Below, piece by piece: positions 11,543 to 21,037 of a stretch of DNA of 64,000 nt (position 1 is its first letter; every line of letters begins with the position of its first letter). The notes under the pieces are model-generated. The model saw nothing but the letters and a program-made list of their open reading frames with translations. It searched no databases and was not told where the DNA came from. The DNA lies in assembly GCA_948684385.1 (NCBI GenBank), contig CAPQCU010000001.1:244545-308544 (forward strand), written 5' to 3'. A program made the position numbers and the translations under genes. The DNA is from an uncultured bacterium (GTDB taxonomy: Bacteria > Cyanobacteriota > Vampirovibrionia > Gastranaerophilales > Gastranaerophilaceae).

Positions 11543-13105
11543 ATGGAAAAATTTTATACAACAACAGCAATCGATTATGTTAACGGCGCTCCGCATATCG
11601 GACACGCTTACGAAAAAATTCTTACTGACGTAATTTATAGACACTTTACGCAGAGATGTGAAAATACTTATTTTTTAACAGGAACAGACGAACACGGTAT
11701 TAAAATCCAGAAAACTTCTGCTGCAAACGGTGTTTCTCCAAAAGAATTTTGCGATATGAACGCTCAAAAATTCAAAGATGCGTGGAAAGCGCTTGATGTT
11801 GATTATTCCCAATTTATCAGAACAACTGATGAGCAGCACGAAAAAGTTGTACAAAAGATTTTCAAAAAACTCGTTGAAAAAGGCGATATTTACAAACATT
11901 CTTACACAGGGCTTTACTGTTCAGGCTGTGAAGCTTTTCTGAGCGAAAAAGACTTAACAGAAGACGGACTTTGTCCTGACCACCAGAAAAAACCGGAGGT
12001 TGTTGAAGAAGAAAACTACTTCTTTAAACTTACAAAATACAAAGATGCGATAATTAAACACATCAAAACAAACCCTGATTTTATTGTTCCGGCTTTTCGT
12101 GCAAACGAAGTTTTGAACCAGCTTGAAAACATTGAAGATATTTCGGTTTCCCGTGTAAATACCAACGTAAGCTGGGGTATTCCGGTACTTGACGACCCGT
12201 CTCAGGTGATTTATGTTTGGATTGATGCGCTTTCAAACTATATCACTGCAATCGGCTATGACCCTGACGGCAGCTCAGAACAGTTCAAAAACCTCTGGCC
12301 TGCAACTGTTCAGGTTATCGGAAAAGATATCTTGAAATTCCATAGCATTTACTGGCTTGCAATCCTTATGGCTCTTGATTTACCGCTTCCTGAACATATC
12401 TTGGCTCACGGATGGATTACAATTGACCAGACTAAGATGTCAAAATCTTTAGGAAACGTTATTTCTCCAACAGGAGTACTGGAAGCGTTTAACTTAGAAA
12501 TTCCTGACCCTTTGAGATATTACATGGCAACAGCTGCGCCTTGCGGAAAAGACGGAAACTATTCTGATGAAGATTTCAAAGAAAAAGTTAACGCTCACCT
12601 TGCAAACTCAATGGGTAACCTTTTGAATAGAACTCTTTCAATGCTTGTTAAGTATTTTGAAGGCGATATCAAGCCTGAATTTCTTGCTAAAAACGAGTTA
12701 AAAGAAAAAGCTTTAGAAACAGTAAAAGCGGTTAAACATCATTTTGATTATTTTGAAATTCAGGAAGCAGGACAGAAAATTATTGAGCTTGTTGATATTA
12801 CAAACAAATACGTAACAGATAACGCGCCTTGGACTCTTGCAAAAGAAGGTCAAATGGATAAATGCGGAGAAGTCTTAACCAATGTATTGCAGGTTATGAC
12901 AGTAGTTTCTTCTCTTATTTACCCGTATTGTCCAAATATTGCTAAAGCTATGGCTGAGCAGCTTTCTTATGATTTGAATACAAAACTTGATGATATCACC
13001 TGTGAAAGTTTACAATCCGGACATCTTATTGACAAAGAGAACATCAAACCTGTATTCTTGAGAATGGATAGTGAGTTGGCAGATAAAAGGGGTCATAAAG
13101 AATAG
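11543..13105 (+). CDS. metG: methionine--tRNA ligase
   Basis: HIGH motif (GAPHIGHAYE), KMSKS, and a CxxC...C zinc knuckle. Start set at MEKFYTT after the AGAGGGATAAGAGA RBS. Confidence 0.95.
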   Translation: MEKFYTTTAIDYVNGAPHIGHAYEKILTDVIYRHFTQRCENTYFLTGTDEHGIKIQKTSAANGVSPKEFCDMNAQKFKDAWKALDVDYSQFIRTTDEQHEKVVQKIFKKLVEKGDIYKHSYTGLYCSGCEAFLSEKDLTEDGLCPDHQKKPEVVEEENYFFKLTKYKDAIIKHIKTNPDFIVPAFRANEVLNQLENIEDISVSRVNTNVSWGIPVLDDPSQVIYVWIDALSNYITAIGYDPDGSSEQFKNLWPATVQVIGKDILKFHSIYWLAILMALDLPLPEHILAHGWITIDQTKMSKSLGNVISPTGVLEAFNLEIPDPLRYYMATAAPCGKDGNYSDEDFKEKVNAHLANSMGNLLNRTLSMLVKYFEGDIKPEFLAKNELKEKALETVKAVKHHFDYFEIQEAGQKIIELVDITNKYVTDNAPWTLAKEGQMDKCGEVLTNVLQVMTVVSSLIYPYCPNIAKAMAEQLSYDLNTKLDDITCESLQSGHLIDKENIKPVFLRMDSELADKRGHKE

Positions 13106-13165
13106 GCTTAAAAGGTTAAAACCCAACGCTAAGCTAACCCGGCAAAAAACCAGGCAGGAGGCTAA

Positions 13166-14200
13166 ATGCAGATTGTTCCGATAAGGTTATTTGAATCTAA
13201 GCCTTACCGCGCAGGCGGTCAGAGAACTCTGACGTTTTGTTCTAACACTTCTGAAGGAGCACCTTTAAGAAAACTTAAACACCTTAAATGCCCTTATTTT
13301 GGCGTGGAAATGCTGACCGGAAGCGAAATGCCGAAAATCGAAACGATGGTTGATAATAGTGTTTCTACAAAAGAAACTTTGAAAATTCTGAGAAAATACA
13401 AAAAATATATGCAAAAAACCGAGAAGCGTATATTTAACAGGTTTGAAAAAGCGGTTAAATCAAATCCTGACCTGACTCTGCCGGATTGCCTTAAGCTCTG
13501 GTATCAGGAAGCAATTACAAAACTTAAGTTAGAAGAGTTCAATGTTCTTGATGATGTTGATAAGATTTCGCTCAAGCTTTCTCCTGAAAATGCGCTTGCT
13601 GTTCACGAAAAAACAACGCGCTGCCGTCAATTAATTCTTGAAAATAAAAAAGAAGATACTTTTAAGAGAAAGCATTTGCTTATCTCTCTTGAAGAATTGA
13701 TTCCTGCAAAAGGTGAGAGCAGGATTTTTGAGCTTTTAAAGAACCGTGCCGCTTATCTTCCGACTTCCGGCATGAGCCCGAATGCGTTTGTTGTAAAGTA
13801 TGCAGATAGAACAGAAGAAGAAATCGCAAAAAGGCTGCTTCGCCCTTCTGTTGCAACAATTGAACATATTAAACCGGACTCAAAAGGCGGCTTGAATGCA
13901 ATCGGCAACTTTCTTCTTGCTTCTGCCGGAGCAAATAACCTGCGCTCAAATATGCCTTTGACCGATTTTATCATGATGTTTCCAAAGATACCAAAATATT
14001 GTCAAAATTATATTGAACAAATTATTGAATATATTAATAAAGGAAAGCTTAAAGGTGATGAAACTTATCCTTACAAAGTTCAAAGGGTTTTAGAAAAAGA
14101 GTCTAAAGGATTGATAAATCTCGACCTTACAAATTTCAAATTTAGCAAGGAAGAAGCTAAAGAAGCAGTGAGAAGGTATTATAACAGGTTTAAGCGTTAA
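13166..14200 (+). CDS. hypothetical protein with a C-terminal HNH-like motif
   Basis: 344 aa. ATIEHIKPDSKGG...AIGNFLLASAGANNLRSN resembles an HNH (H-N-N) nuclease core. Confidence 0.45.
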   Translation: MQIVPIRLFESKPYRAGGQRTLTFCSNTSEGAPLRKLKHLKCPYFGVEMLTGSEMPKIETMVDNSVSTKETLKILRKYKKYMQKTEKRIFNRFEKAVKSNPDLTLPDCLKLWYQEAITKLKLEEFNVLDDVDKISLKLSPENALAVHEKTTRCRQLILENKKEDTFKRKHLLISLEELIPAKGESRIFELLKNRAAYLPTSGMSPNAFVVKYADRTEEEIAKRLLRPSVATIEHIKPDSKGGLNAIGNFLLASAGANNLRSNMPLTDFIMMFPKIPKYCQNYIEQIIEYINKGKLKGDETYPYKVQRVLEKESKGLINLDLTNFKFSKEEAKEAVRRYYNRFKR

Positions 14201-15135
14201 GAGTAAATCTTGTCTATGATATCCGAGATTATACCAACTTTTTGAGCATCAACTTTATGACCGCCACTTGCCAGTGAGTAAAACTTTTCTAAAACTCCCT
14301 GTCTGCGTGCTGTCTTAGCAAACATTCTTGCCCCTTCAATTGTAGTAACAGAATCGTTTCGCGATTGGATATAATAAGTTGGAGTTTCCAATTTCGGGAT
14401 TTTTCTTATTGAGTTAAACATGAAATCATAAAGCCAGGCAAGAGGTTTTATACATTTTACACCATTCTTACCAGCTGGTAGGTTGGAACTACCAGCCCCT
14501 TCATTTACCCCTGTAAATGCCATAACTCTGCCGGGAATTCCCAGACCTAAAAGCTTGTGTCCGGAAAATTTTTTGCCAATGTAAGACATTTTAGTTAAAG
14601 GACAGATTAAGACTAAAGATTTGATGTCTTTATGTTTGGAAGCAAAATCAACAGCCAGAGCTCCGCCCATGCTATGACCCATAACAGTAACGTTTTCGGG
14701 TTTTATTCCTGTTTTTATCAAATAATCATAAGCTGTTTTTACGTCTTTTCTCAGCTTGTCTTCAGAAATCTTTGCGCGTCCATTGCTGCCATAGCCTCTA
14801 TATTCGACCGCAAAAACTCCTTTACCTTTATTGATGATTGTTTCATAAAGATGCTGATAATTGCTTACATTCTGTGACATTCCGTGTAGAAAAAGAATGT
14901 ATTCTTCAGAATTTGACGGATTAATATCCCACGCAGATATTCCTTTTATACGCAGGTTTCTGATTTTGCCGGAAAGAGCAGGAGAAATCTCTTCAATCCT
15001 GTCAGCAGAAGTCTTTGCCATATTGTTGAAATATCTATCTGCATATCTTGATATCGGATTAATTTTATTTAATGATTTAATCCCGCATTTATGGTTTACC
15101 TGCGGGTTGTGATTGGAAATAGTCTGGATTTTCAT
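14197..15135 (-). CDS. alpha/beta hydrolase
   Basis: GHSMGG nucleophile elbow. 312 aa. Confidence 0.75.
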   Translation of the reverse strand: MKIQTISNHNPQVNHKCGIKSLNKINPISRYADRYFNNMAKTSADRIEEISPALSGKIRNLRIKGISAWDINPSNSEEYILFLHGMSQNVSNYQHLYETIINKGKGVFAVEYRGYGSNGRAKISEDKLRKDVKTAYDYLIKTGIKPENVTVMGHSMGGALAVDFASKHKDIKSLVLICPLTKMSYIGKKFSGHKLLGLGIPGRVMAFTGVNEGAGSSNLPAGKNGVKCIKPLAWLYDFMFNSIRKIPKLETPTYYIQSRNDSVTTIEGARMFAKTARRQGVLEKFYSLASGGHKVDAQKVGIISDIIDKIYS

Positions 15136-15151
15136 AACTTAATTTAAGCAT

Positions 15152-15184
15152 AAAAAAACCGTCTGTCAAAGACGGTTTTTTTTT
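15152..15184 (-). terminator. symmetric hairpin terminator downstream of the M48 protease gene
   Basis: AAAAAAACCGTCT-GTCAA-AGACGGTTTTTTTTT. Confidence 0.8.
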
Positions 15185-15186
15185 AT

Positions 15187-16023
15187 TTAGTAAGAAATTG
15201 CTCTGATTACATTAAAAGATTTGTCCCATCCGTTTGAATCTTTTGCAGTTTTGTATTTTTCAAGTTTAGCTGCTCTTTTTGCTTTAAGCTTTTCCTGACT
15301 CTTATTGAAAGCTGCGAGCTTTTTAGGGTTTGCGTTTCTTTCTTTAACAATAGGTTCTGCATAAGCCATGAACTTTTTGTAAGAATCAGTGTTATAACCT
15401 GCTTTTACTTTTGTCGGATAAGTGTATGTAATGTAATCATAGATATACATTGTTCTTTTATCTCCTGACGGGTGTGTAGAAGTAAAATCTTTGTAGCATC
15501 CGCCGATTTTATAAAGAACAGAAACCATAGCAAGCGGGTTGTAACCGGCTTTTGTCATCAAATCTGCACCTGTAATATCAGCTTCGTATTCTTCTGTTCT
15601 TGACATCTTAAGCATAGTAAGATTGTTTGCTGTGTTTGCTCCCGCTTTAAGTCTCGGGTCAATATTAGCATTAGCAATCGCTGTAGCGGTAACTGTTCCG
15701 ACTACGTTTTGTTTTGCAACGTGATGGTTAACAATGTGACCGATTTCGTGAGCAATAACAGCTGCAAGCTCGGCATCGTTGTTAACGAATTTCAAAAGCC
15801 CTGTGTAAACGCAAATTTGTTTGTCTGCGTTAGCAAAAGCGTTAACTTCGTCTGTTTGGATAACTTTGAACTCGATTTTTGTAGGCAGGTTGTTTTTAGA
15901 AAGCAGAGCTTTACCGATTCTGTTAACTCTGTCTACATTTGCTTTTTGAGTCCAATCTGTTGCTGCGTTAGCGGAATGTATTCCGAAGACGAGCGCAAAA
16001 AATAAAACTAAAATCTTTTTCAT
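15187..16023 (-). CDS. secreted M48-family zinc metalloprotease
   Basis: Signal peptide MKKILVLFFALVFGIHSANA. HEIGH zinc motif. Confidence 0.8.
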   Translation of the reverse strand: MKKILVLFFALVFGIHSANAATDWTQKANVDRVNRIGKALLSKNNLPTKIEFKVIQTDEVNAFANADKQICVYTGLLKFVNNDAELAAVIAHEIGHIVNHHVAKQNVVGTVTATAIANANIDPRLKAGANTANNLTMLKMSRTEEYEADITGADLMTKAGYNPLAMVSVLYKIGGCYKDFTSTHPSGDKRTMYIYDYITYTYPTKVKAGYNTDSYKKFMAYAEPIVKERNANPKKLAAFNKSQEKLKAKRAAKLEKYKTAKDSNGWDKSFNVIRAISY

Positions 16024-16121
16024 AAATTCCTCCCTTATAAAACTATTTTAGCATGTAAAACTCAATAGAGAATTTAGCAAAAAATTTTTTTACAAGTTTT
16101 TACGTAAATGTTATGAAAATT

Positions 16122-16496
16122 TTAGCAAAGTTCTGCATCACCCAAGCCGAATTGTTCAAGAGAATTTGTTTTTGCTTGAACACAAATATATTGTAAATCA
16201 GTTTTAGCTTCCATTGTTCTAACAGCAACAGGCAAAACCTTAACACAAGAGCCTTCTTTAACTTCAATTACGTTATTATCAAGTGTCATTGTACCTTCAC
16301 CTTTTAAGAAAATATAAATTTCTTCGTTTTGTTTGTGTTTATGATTAAATGGTAATTTAATTCCAGCTGGCATTGAACTTATTGAAATTTCACAGCTTGT
16401 TAAATCTAATAAATTATTCAAAAATGCTTTTCCGTTTTCGTAGTTTTTACCAATTTCTTCTAACTTACCAACTTCTGTGTTTTTAAAATTTGTCAT
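16122..16496 (-). CDS. cupin-domain protein
   Basis: 124 aa. Beta-barrel motif pattern (H.H..NEEIYIFLKGEG). Divergent from an HxlR regulator gene, a common pairing. Confidence 0.6.
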   Translation of the reverse strand: MTNFKNTEVGKLEEIGKNYENGKAFLNNLLDLTSCEISISSMPAGIKLPFNHKHKQNEEIYIFLKGEGTMTLDNNVIEVKEGSCVKVLPVAVRTMEAKTDLQYICVQAKTNSLEQFGLGDAELC

Positions 16497-16633
16497 AATT
16501 CTCTCCTTTGTTTTATAATTGACATTTTGATTTACAAGAATATAATAAGCATATAAGTAACTTCTGTAAAGTAAGCACTTTAAAGTTATATAGTAGCTAA
16601 ATAGAAACTATTGAAGTAATAAAGGATTTTAAT

Positions 16634-16960
16634 ATGAAAAATAAAAACGAGTTACCGTTATGTCCTGTTGAAACAACACTTTCTTTGATTTCTGACAGGT
16701 GGAAAGTTTTAATAATAAGGGATTTATTAACCGGCACGAAAAGGTTTGGAGAATTAAGAAAATCACTAGGCACTATTTCTCAAAAGGTTTTGACTGCAAA
16801 TTTAAGGTCAATGGAAGATGACGGATTAGTTATAAGAAAAGTATATGCAGAAGTGCCTCCAAAAGTTGAATATTCTTTAACCGGTATGGGATTAAGTTTA
16901 AAACCTATTTTGGATTCAATGGCAAAATGGGGGTTAGAGTACAAAAAAGGATGCAATTAA
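16634..16960 (+). CDS. HxlR-family winged-helix transcriptional regulator
   Basis: CPVETTLSLISDRWKVLIIRDL and RFGELRKSL..ISQKVLTANLRSMEDDGLV are characteristic of HxlR. Confidence 0.85.
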   Translation: MKNKNELPLCPVETTLSLISDRWKVLIIRDLLTGTKRFGELRKSLGTISQKVLTANLRSMEDDGLVIRKVYAEVPPKVEYSLTGMGLSLKPILDSMAKWGLEYKKGCN

Positions 16961-17204
16961 AGATAATTTTGCCCGGAGAAAAATTCCGCCCTCGGAGATT
17001 AAGTATCTCCGAGGAAAGGAGGGGAAGAACCCGCCTGGGAGAATGTAAAAAGACACATAATTTGATTATTTTTGACAGATAGTTTGATTATTTTGGGTCA
17101 ACCAAGTTTTGATTTTTAAATTAATGCACTGATTATTCTTATCAAATAAACAAATTAGAATTAGCATTGCTGCTTTCTGATATATACTTTGCTATAATTG
17201 GTCA

Positions 17205-17500
17205 GTCGAAATGGAAAAAGTCGGACACAAAATGGAAAATTCTTCCGACTTTGCAAAAAACTTTCCATTTTAGCTGTCGGACTTCTCAAACGGAAAGATA
17301 AACACTACAAAACTCTCTGATAATTTTTTATAAAATATTTTTTAAATTTTCATAGTATAAATAGACAGTTAAAATTAGACAACTTTGACATAAAATGAGA
17401 CATGTTCAATTTTGTGAGTCATTAAGTCGGAAATTGTTCAAAACTGTCTGATAATTTGTTCAATACTTACTGTCAAAATGTTCAATAATCTCTGATAACT
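17205..17500 (+). repeat. left-end repeat array (AATGGAAA / GTCGGA(A/C) sites, then phased TGTTCAA and TCTGATAA repeats)
   Basis: GTCGGAC at 17220 and 17276, the reverse complement at 17243, GTCGGAA at 17426. TGTTCAA at 17403, 17435, 17457 and 17479. Confidence 0.6.
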
Positions 17501-17683
17501 TTTTATGTTAATTGTTAAGTTTTGTTCTGGTAAGTATATTCCTATTTTTAAGAGTAACTTTTTAGTTATCATTCATTTTAAGGTTTTTATGGGTGGAATA
17601 TTTATTCATAACTTATTTTGGGGTACTTTTATTTAATTTTCATATTCCCTAAAATATTTATAAACAAGACTTTAAGGAGAAAA

Positions 17684-19624
17684 ATGTGTAATCCCGAGTG
17701 GATAGAGCTTAAAAAACTTGCAGTTATTTTAGGGTGCAAAGAAGAAACTCTGCGCAGAAATTGTGTTGCGAAAAAATATATTTGCAGGTTTAATCAATCC
17801 GGCAAATTCAAAAAATATGAGATTGATATAAATTCTCTTCCTGAAAAAGATTTACTAAAATATCAAAAGAAACTGTCAAAATTAAATAATAAAGATATTT
17901 GCAGTTCATCTGAATATTATACAAATGCTCCCGAATGGTCTAAAAAACAGGCAGATAAATATTTGGAATTGTTATCTTTAACCAAAGGAATGAAACGCAG
18001 TGCTCTTGAAGTGTTTGTTAAAAATTGGAATAAAGATTTTCCTGATAATATCACCAGTGTTCAATCAATATACAAAGCAAGAGCAAAGTATGAAGAATAT
18101 GGTGTTGCAGGATTACTGTCGCACCGAGGTAAATACAGTAACAAAATACAAGTAAACAGTGATTATTATGAATATTATAAAAGTTTATATTTGCGGGAAG
18201 GTGCTCCTTCTGTTAATTTTTGTTGGCAAGTAACATTGGGGTATGCTAAATCAAAAGACAATATCAGTCCCGTTGAATTTCCTTCAGCAAGAACTTTTGA
18301 CAGAATGCTTAAATCAAGAGTATCAAAACAGGCAATATATTATGCAAGGTTTGGAAATTCTGCTTGGAATAAAAAATTTGCAACATTTATTCCGAGAGAT
18401 TATTCAAATATCCTTGCAGGAAGTTGTTGGGTTTCGGATCACGCTCAAATTGACGTTGCAGTTAAACATAATAATACGACTTGCTTCCCTTGGGTAACCG
18501 TATTCCGAGATGTAAAAACCTCAAAATGGTTAGGTTGGTTTTTGCACGCAGAAGCTCCAAATTCCGACCATATTTTTCAAGCATTTTATTATGGCGCTGA
18601 AAAATTCGGACTGCCGTATGATGTCTATATAGATAATGGTAAAGATTACAGATGCAGAGATTTTGCAGGCGGAAGAAAAATTCAGGTTAAACATAACACC
18701 CAAAAAGAAAATGCTCTGCTTGTAAATATGGGAATAAATGTTCATTATGCTCTCCCATATAATGCGCAAACAAAACCTGTAGAAAGGGACTTCTTGAAAA
18801 TTAAGTCGTTCCTTTCAAAGGGTTTTGTCGGTTACAGAGGTGGAAAGATTACAGAAAGACCTGAAAAGTTAAAGAATGAAATAAAATCCGGCAAGATAAT
18901 GAATTTTGATGATTTTAAACTTATATTTGATGATTTTATTGAAAACTATTTGAATAAAAAACCTTCTAAAGGGAAAGTTTTGCAGGGTAAATGTCCTGAT
19001 GAATTATGGTCAGAAGAATACAAAACCAAAAAGGTTATTAGCAAAGATGCTCTCAGATTATTCTGTATGCGCACGTCAAAAACTATGACAATCGGCAGAA
19101 ACGGAATTTATGATTCACAACTGCAATTAACTTATTGGGGTGAATGGATGATATGCGAAAAAGGTCGTAAAGTATTTATTCGCAGAGATATAAAGGCATA
19201 TCAGGAAGCTTGGGTATTTGATGCCTTAACCGAAGAATATCTTGGCAAGGCAAACGTATATCACTCTGTATCATTCCTTGCAAAAACAAATATTGAAAAA
19301 GATGCATACAAAAATGCGATTGCACTTAAAAATAAAGAAAAGAAACTTATTAAGGCAATGATTTCAACTAAATATAACCCCACTAATGAAGAAATTGTTG
19401 CCAATTTGAAGAGTAGCTTGAATAAGGTCGAATTCAACAATACTCCGAAGATTTCACAATTAGCCAATACAAAAATGGATAAAGTTATAAAACAAGAAAA
19501 TACTGCAAAGGTATCTTCTAAATTTAAATACGTTGCTCCTGCACCAAAACCAAAGCGGATGTTGTATTTAACAGAAGCGCAAAAAAGAAGAGCGGAAGAG
19601 AGTATAGCAAAACAAGCACTATAA
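17684..19624 (+). CDS. Mu-family DDE transposase (MuA/TnsB/TniA-like)
   Basis: N-terminal HTH. rve-type DDE triad (WVSDHAQIDV, YIDNGKDYR, NAQTKPVERDF). Mu-transposase C-terminal barrel motif TIGRNGI. Start set at MCNPEW after AAGGAGAAAA. Confidence 0.85.
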   Translation: MCNPEWIELKKLAVILGCKEETLRRNCVAKKYICRFNQSGKFKKYEIDINSLPEKDLLKYQKKLSKLNNKDICSSSEYYTNAPEWSKKQADKYLELLSLTKGMKRSALEVFVKNWNKDFPDNITSVQSIYKARAKYEEYGVAGLLSHRGKYSNKIQVNSDYYEYYKSLYLREGAPSVNFCWQVTLGYAKSKDNISPVEFPSARTFDRMLKSRVSKQAIYYARFGNSAWNKKFATFIPRDYSNILAGSCWVSDHAQIDVAVKHNNTTCFPWVTVFRDVKTSKWLGWFLHAEAPNSDHIFQAFYYGAEKFGLPYDVYIDNGKDYRCRDFAGGRKIQVKHNTQKENALLVNMGINVHYALPYNAQTKPVERDFLKIKSFLSKGFVGYRGGKITERPEKLKNEIKSGKIMNFDDFKLIFDDFIENYLNKKPSKGKVLQGKCPDELWSEEYKTKKVISKDALRLFCMRTSKTMTIGRNGIYDSQLQLTYWGEWMICEKGRKVFIRRDIKAYQEAWVFDALTEEYLGKANVYHSVSFLAKTNIEKDAYKNAIALKNKEKKLIKAMISTKYNPTNEEIVANLKSSLNKVEFNNTPKISQLANTKMDKVIKQENTAKVSSKFKYVAPAPKPKRMLYLTEAQKRRAEESIAKQAL

Positions 19625-19626
19625 AT

Positions 19627-19911
19627 ATGGATAAACCTTGGATTAAATACATAACAATGGAAAATCTGCCTAATGAAGATTTAAATATTGTTGCAGCTGT
19701 TATAGGATTGGATGCAACAATTGAACTTATGTGTGAGCTTCCGGGGATACTGATATCTGTTCCGAAAAACGCAACATTACCTGCAAAGATTGCTTATATT
19801 AAAGATGTTTATGACGGGACAAAACAGTCTCGCATAAAATTGGCAAAGCTTTGCGATTTATCTGAAAATTATATTTATAGGGTTATAAGAAAATCCTTCA
19901 ACAAATCCTAA
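19627..19911 (+). CDS. Mor-family transcriptional activator-like protein
   Basis: 94 aa. The pattern G..ISVPK......I...Y.G.....LA..C.LSENYIYRVI matches the Mu Mor/C family layout. Confidence 0.6.
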   Translation: MDKPWIKYITMENLPNEDLNIVAAVIGLDATIELMCELPGILISVPKNATLPAKIAYIKDVYDGTKQSRIKLAKLCDLSENYIYRVIRKSFNKS

Positions 19912-19955
19912 TTTTAACAATTTACTTTTATTATATGTTGCATTAGACTTTTAAA

Positions 19956-21026
19956 CTAATTACTTATTAAAGTAAGACGACCTAAATTATAATTAGATAT
20001 ATCAAAAAGAACATCCTTTGATAAGCAGGCTTTTTGAGCAATTTCATCAAATGTATAATTATCATCTTCCTGATAACTTTGAATAATTTCTTTAAATAAT
20101 GACGGGTATTCTTTCATTATTGGATTTGGTTCAGTTTTTCTGTATCCTAATTGACTCATATAACAATTAAGAGCTACATATCTATTTTGATTGATTACAC
20201 CTAAATCTTTTGCCCTCCTGAATAAAGAAGCCATCGAAACCTTCCAATATGACTTTAAATAGTATGCCTTTTCATAATTGATATTTCTTAAGCCTGATTT
20301 TATAGATGGCTCCGGCATTAAAAATTCTGAAGCAAACGCATTAGCTGTATCCTCCGCTTCTTTGTACGGCAAATATTCATTTCTCATTATAGTATGTCCC
20401 AATTCATGGGCTAAAGTGTAACGTAACCTGTCTCCCGATAAAGCAGAATTTACAACTATAACATGCAGATTGTTATCTGTATATGAATATCCATCAAATT
20501 TATCATCTTCAACTTTTATAAAATTTACTATAATACCGTTATCTTCTAATAAATTTGTTAAATTTTCTATAGGACCTTGAGGTACATTCCAATATAATCT
20601 TAACGTTCTTGCAATTTCATTAGGATTTTTATACTTATCTAAAGAGAAAAACGGTACATCAATATTCATGCTTCTTGTATCATCTGCTAAATTTTTGCAA
20701 GCATCAGCTATCACATTAATAGTACCTAAAATATATGCTTGTAACTTTTTAGAAAGTTTTTGTCTTTTTCTAAAAAGTGAAAGTTTTACATCTATAATAC
20801 TGCCCTCAAGATAAAAATAATTGACAGGAAAATTCAATATTTCAGATATAGCCTGCAATAATTCTTCTGAAATTGATTTTCTTTCTCCTTTTTCTATCTT
20901 TGATAATTCGCCTTGAGATAATTTAATAGCGTACTTTTCAGCTAATACATTTCGTAGTTGATTTTGCGTAAACTTATTATATTCTCTTGCGATAATAAGC
21001 TTATTAAAATTAAATTCCTTTTTCAT
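19956..21026 (-). CDS. XRE-HTH fused to an ImmA/IrrE (COG2856) zinc metallopeptidase
   Basis: N-terminal HTH (FTQNQLRNVLAEKYAIKLSQGELSKIEKGER) and HELGH zinc motif (YTLAHELGHTIM). Confidence 0.85.
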   Translation of the reverse strand: MKKEFNFNKLIIAREYNKFTQNQLRNVLAEKYAIKLSQGELSKIEKGERKSISEELLQAISEILNFPVNYFYLEGSIIDVKLSLFRKRQKLSKKLQAYILGTINVIADACKNLADDTRSMNIDVPFFSLDKYKNPNEIARTLRLYWNVPQGPIENLTNLLEDNGIIVNFIKVEDDKFDGYSYTDNNLHVIVVNSALSGDRLRYTLAHELGHTIMRNEYLPYKEAEDTANAFASEFLMPEPSIKSGLRNINYEKAYYLKSYWKVSMASLFRRAKDLGVINQNRYVALNCYMSQLGYRKTEPNPIMKEYPSLFKEIIQSYQEDDNYTFDEIAQKACLSKDVLFDISNYNLGRLTLISN

Positions 21027-21037
21027 AAATAATCCTA

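Noticed and set aside
16965-17013. TTTTGCCCGGAG... near the left island border as a direct repeat of the tRNA 3' end (TTTTTTGGGCCCGGAGGG at 63251)
   Set aside because: The similarity is limited to about 10 nt with a gap. The segment instead forms its own hairpin (CTCGGAGAT-TAAG-TATCTCCGAG). The bordering recombination genes are DDE transposases, which do not generate tRNA-derived att repeats.
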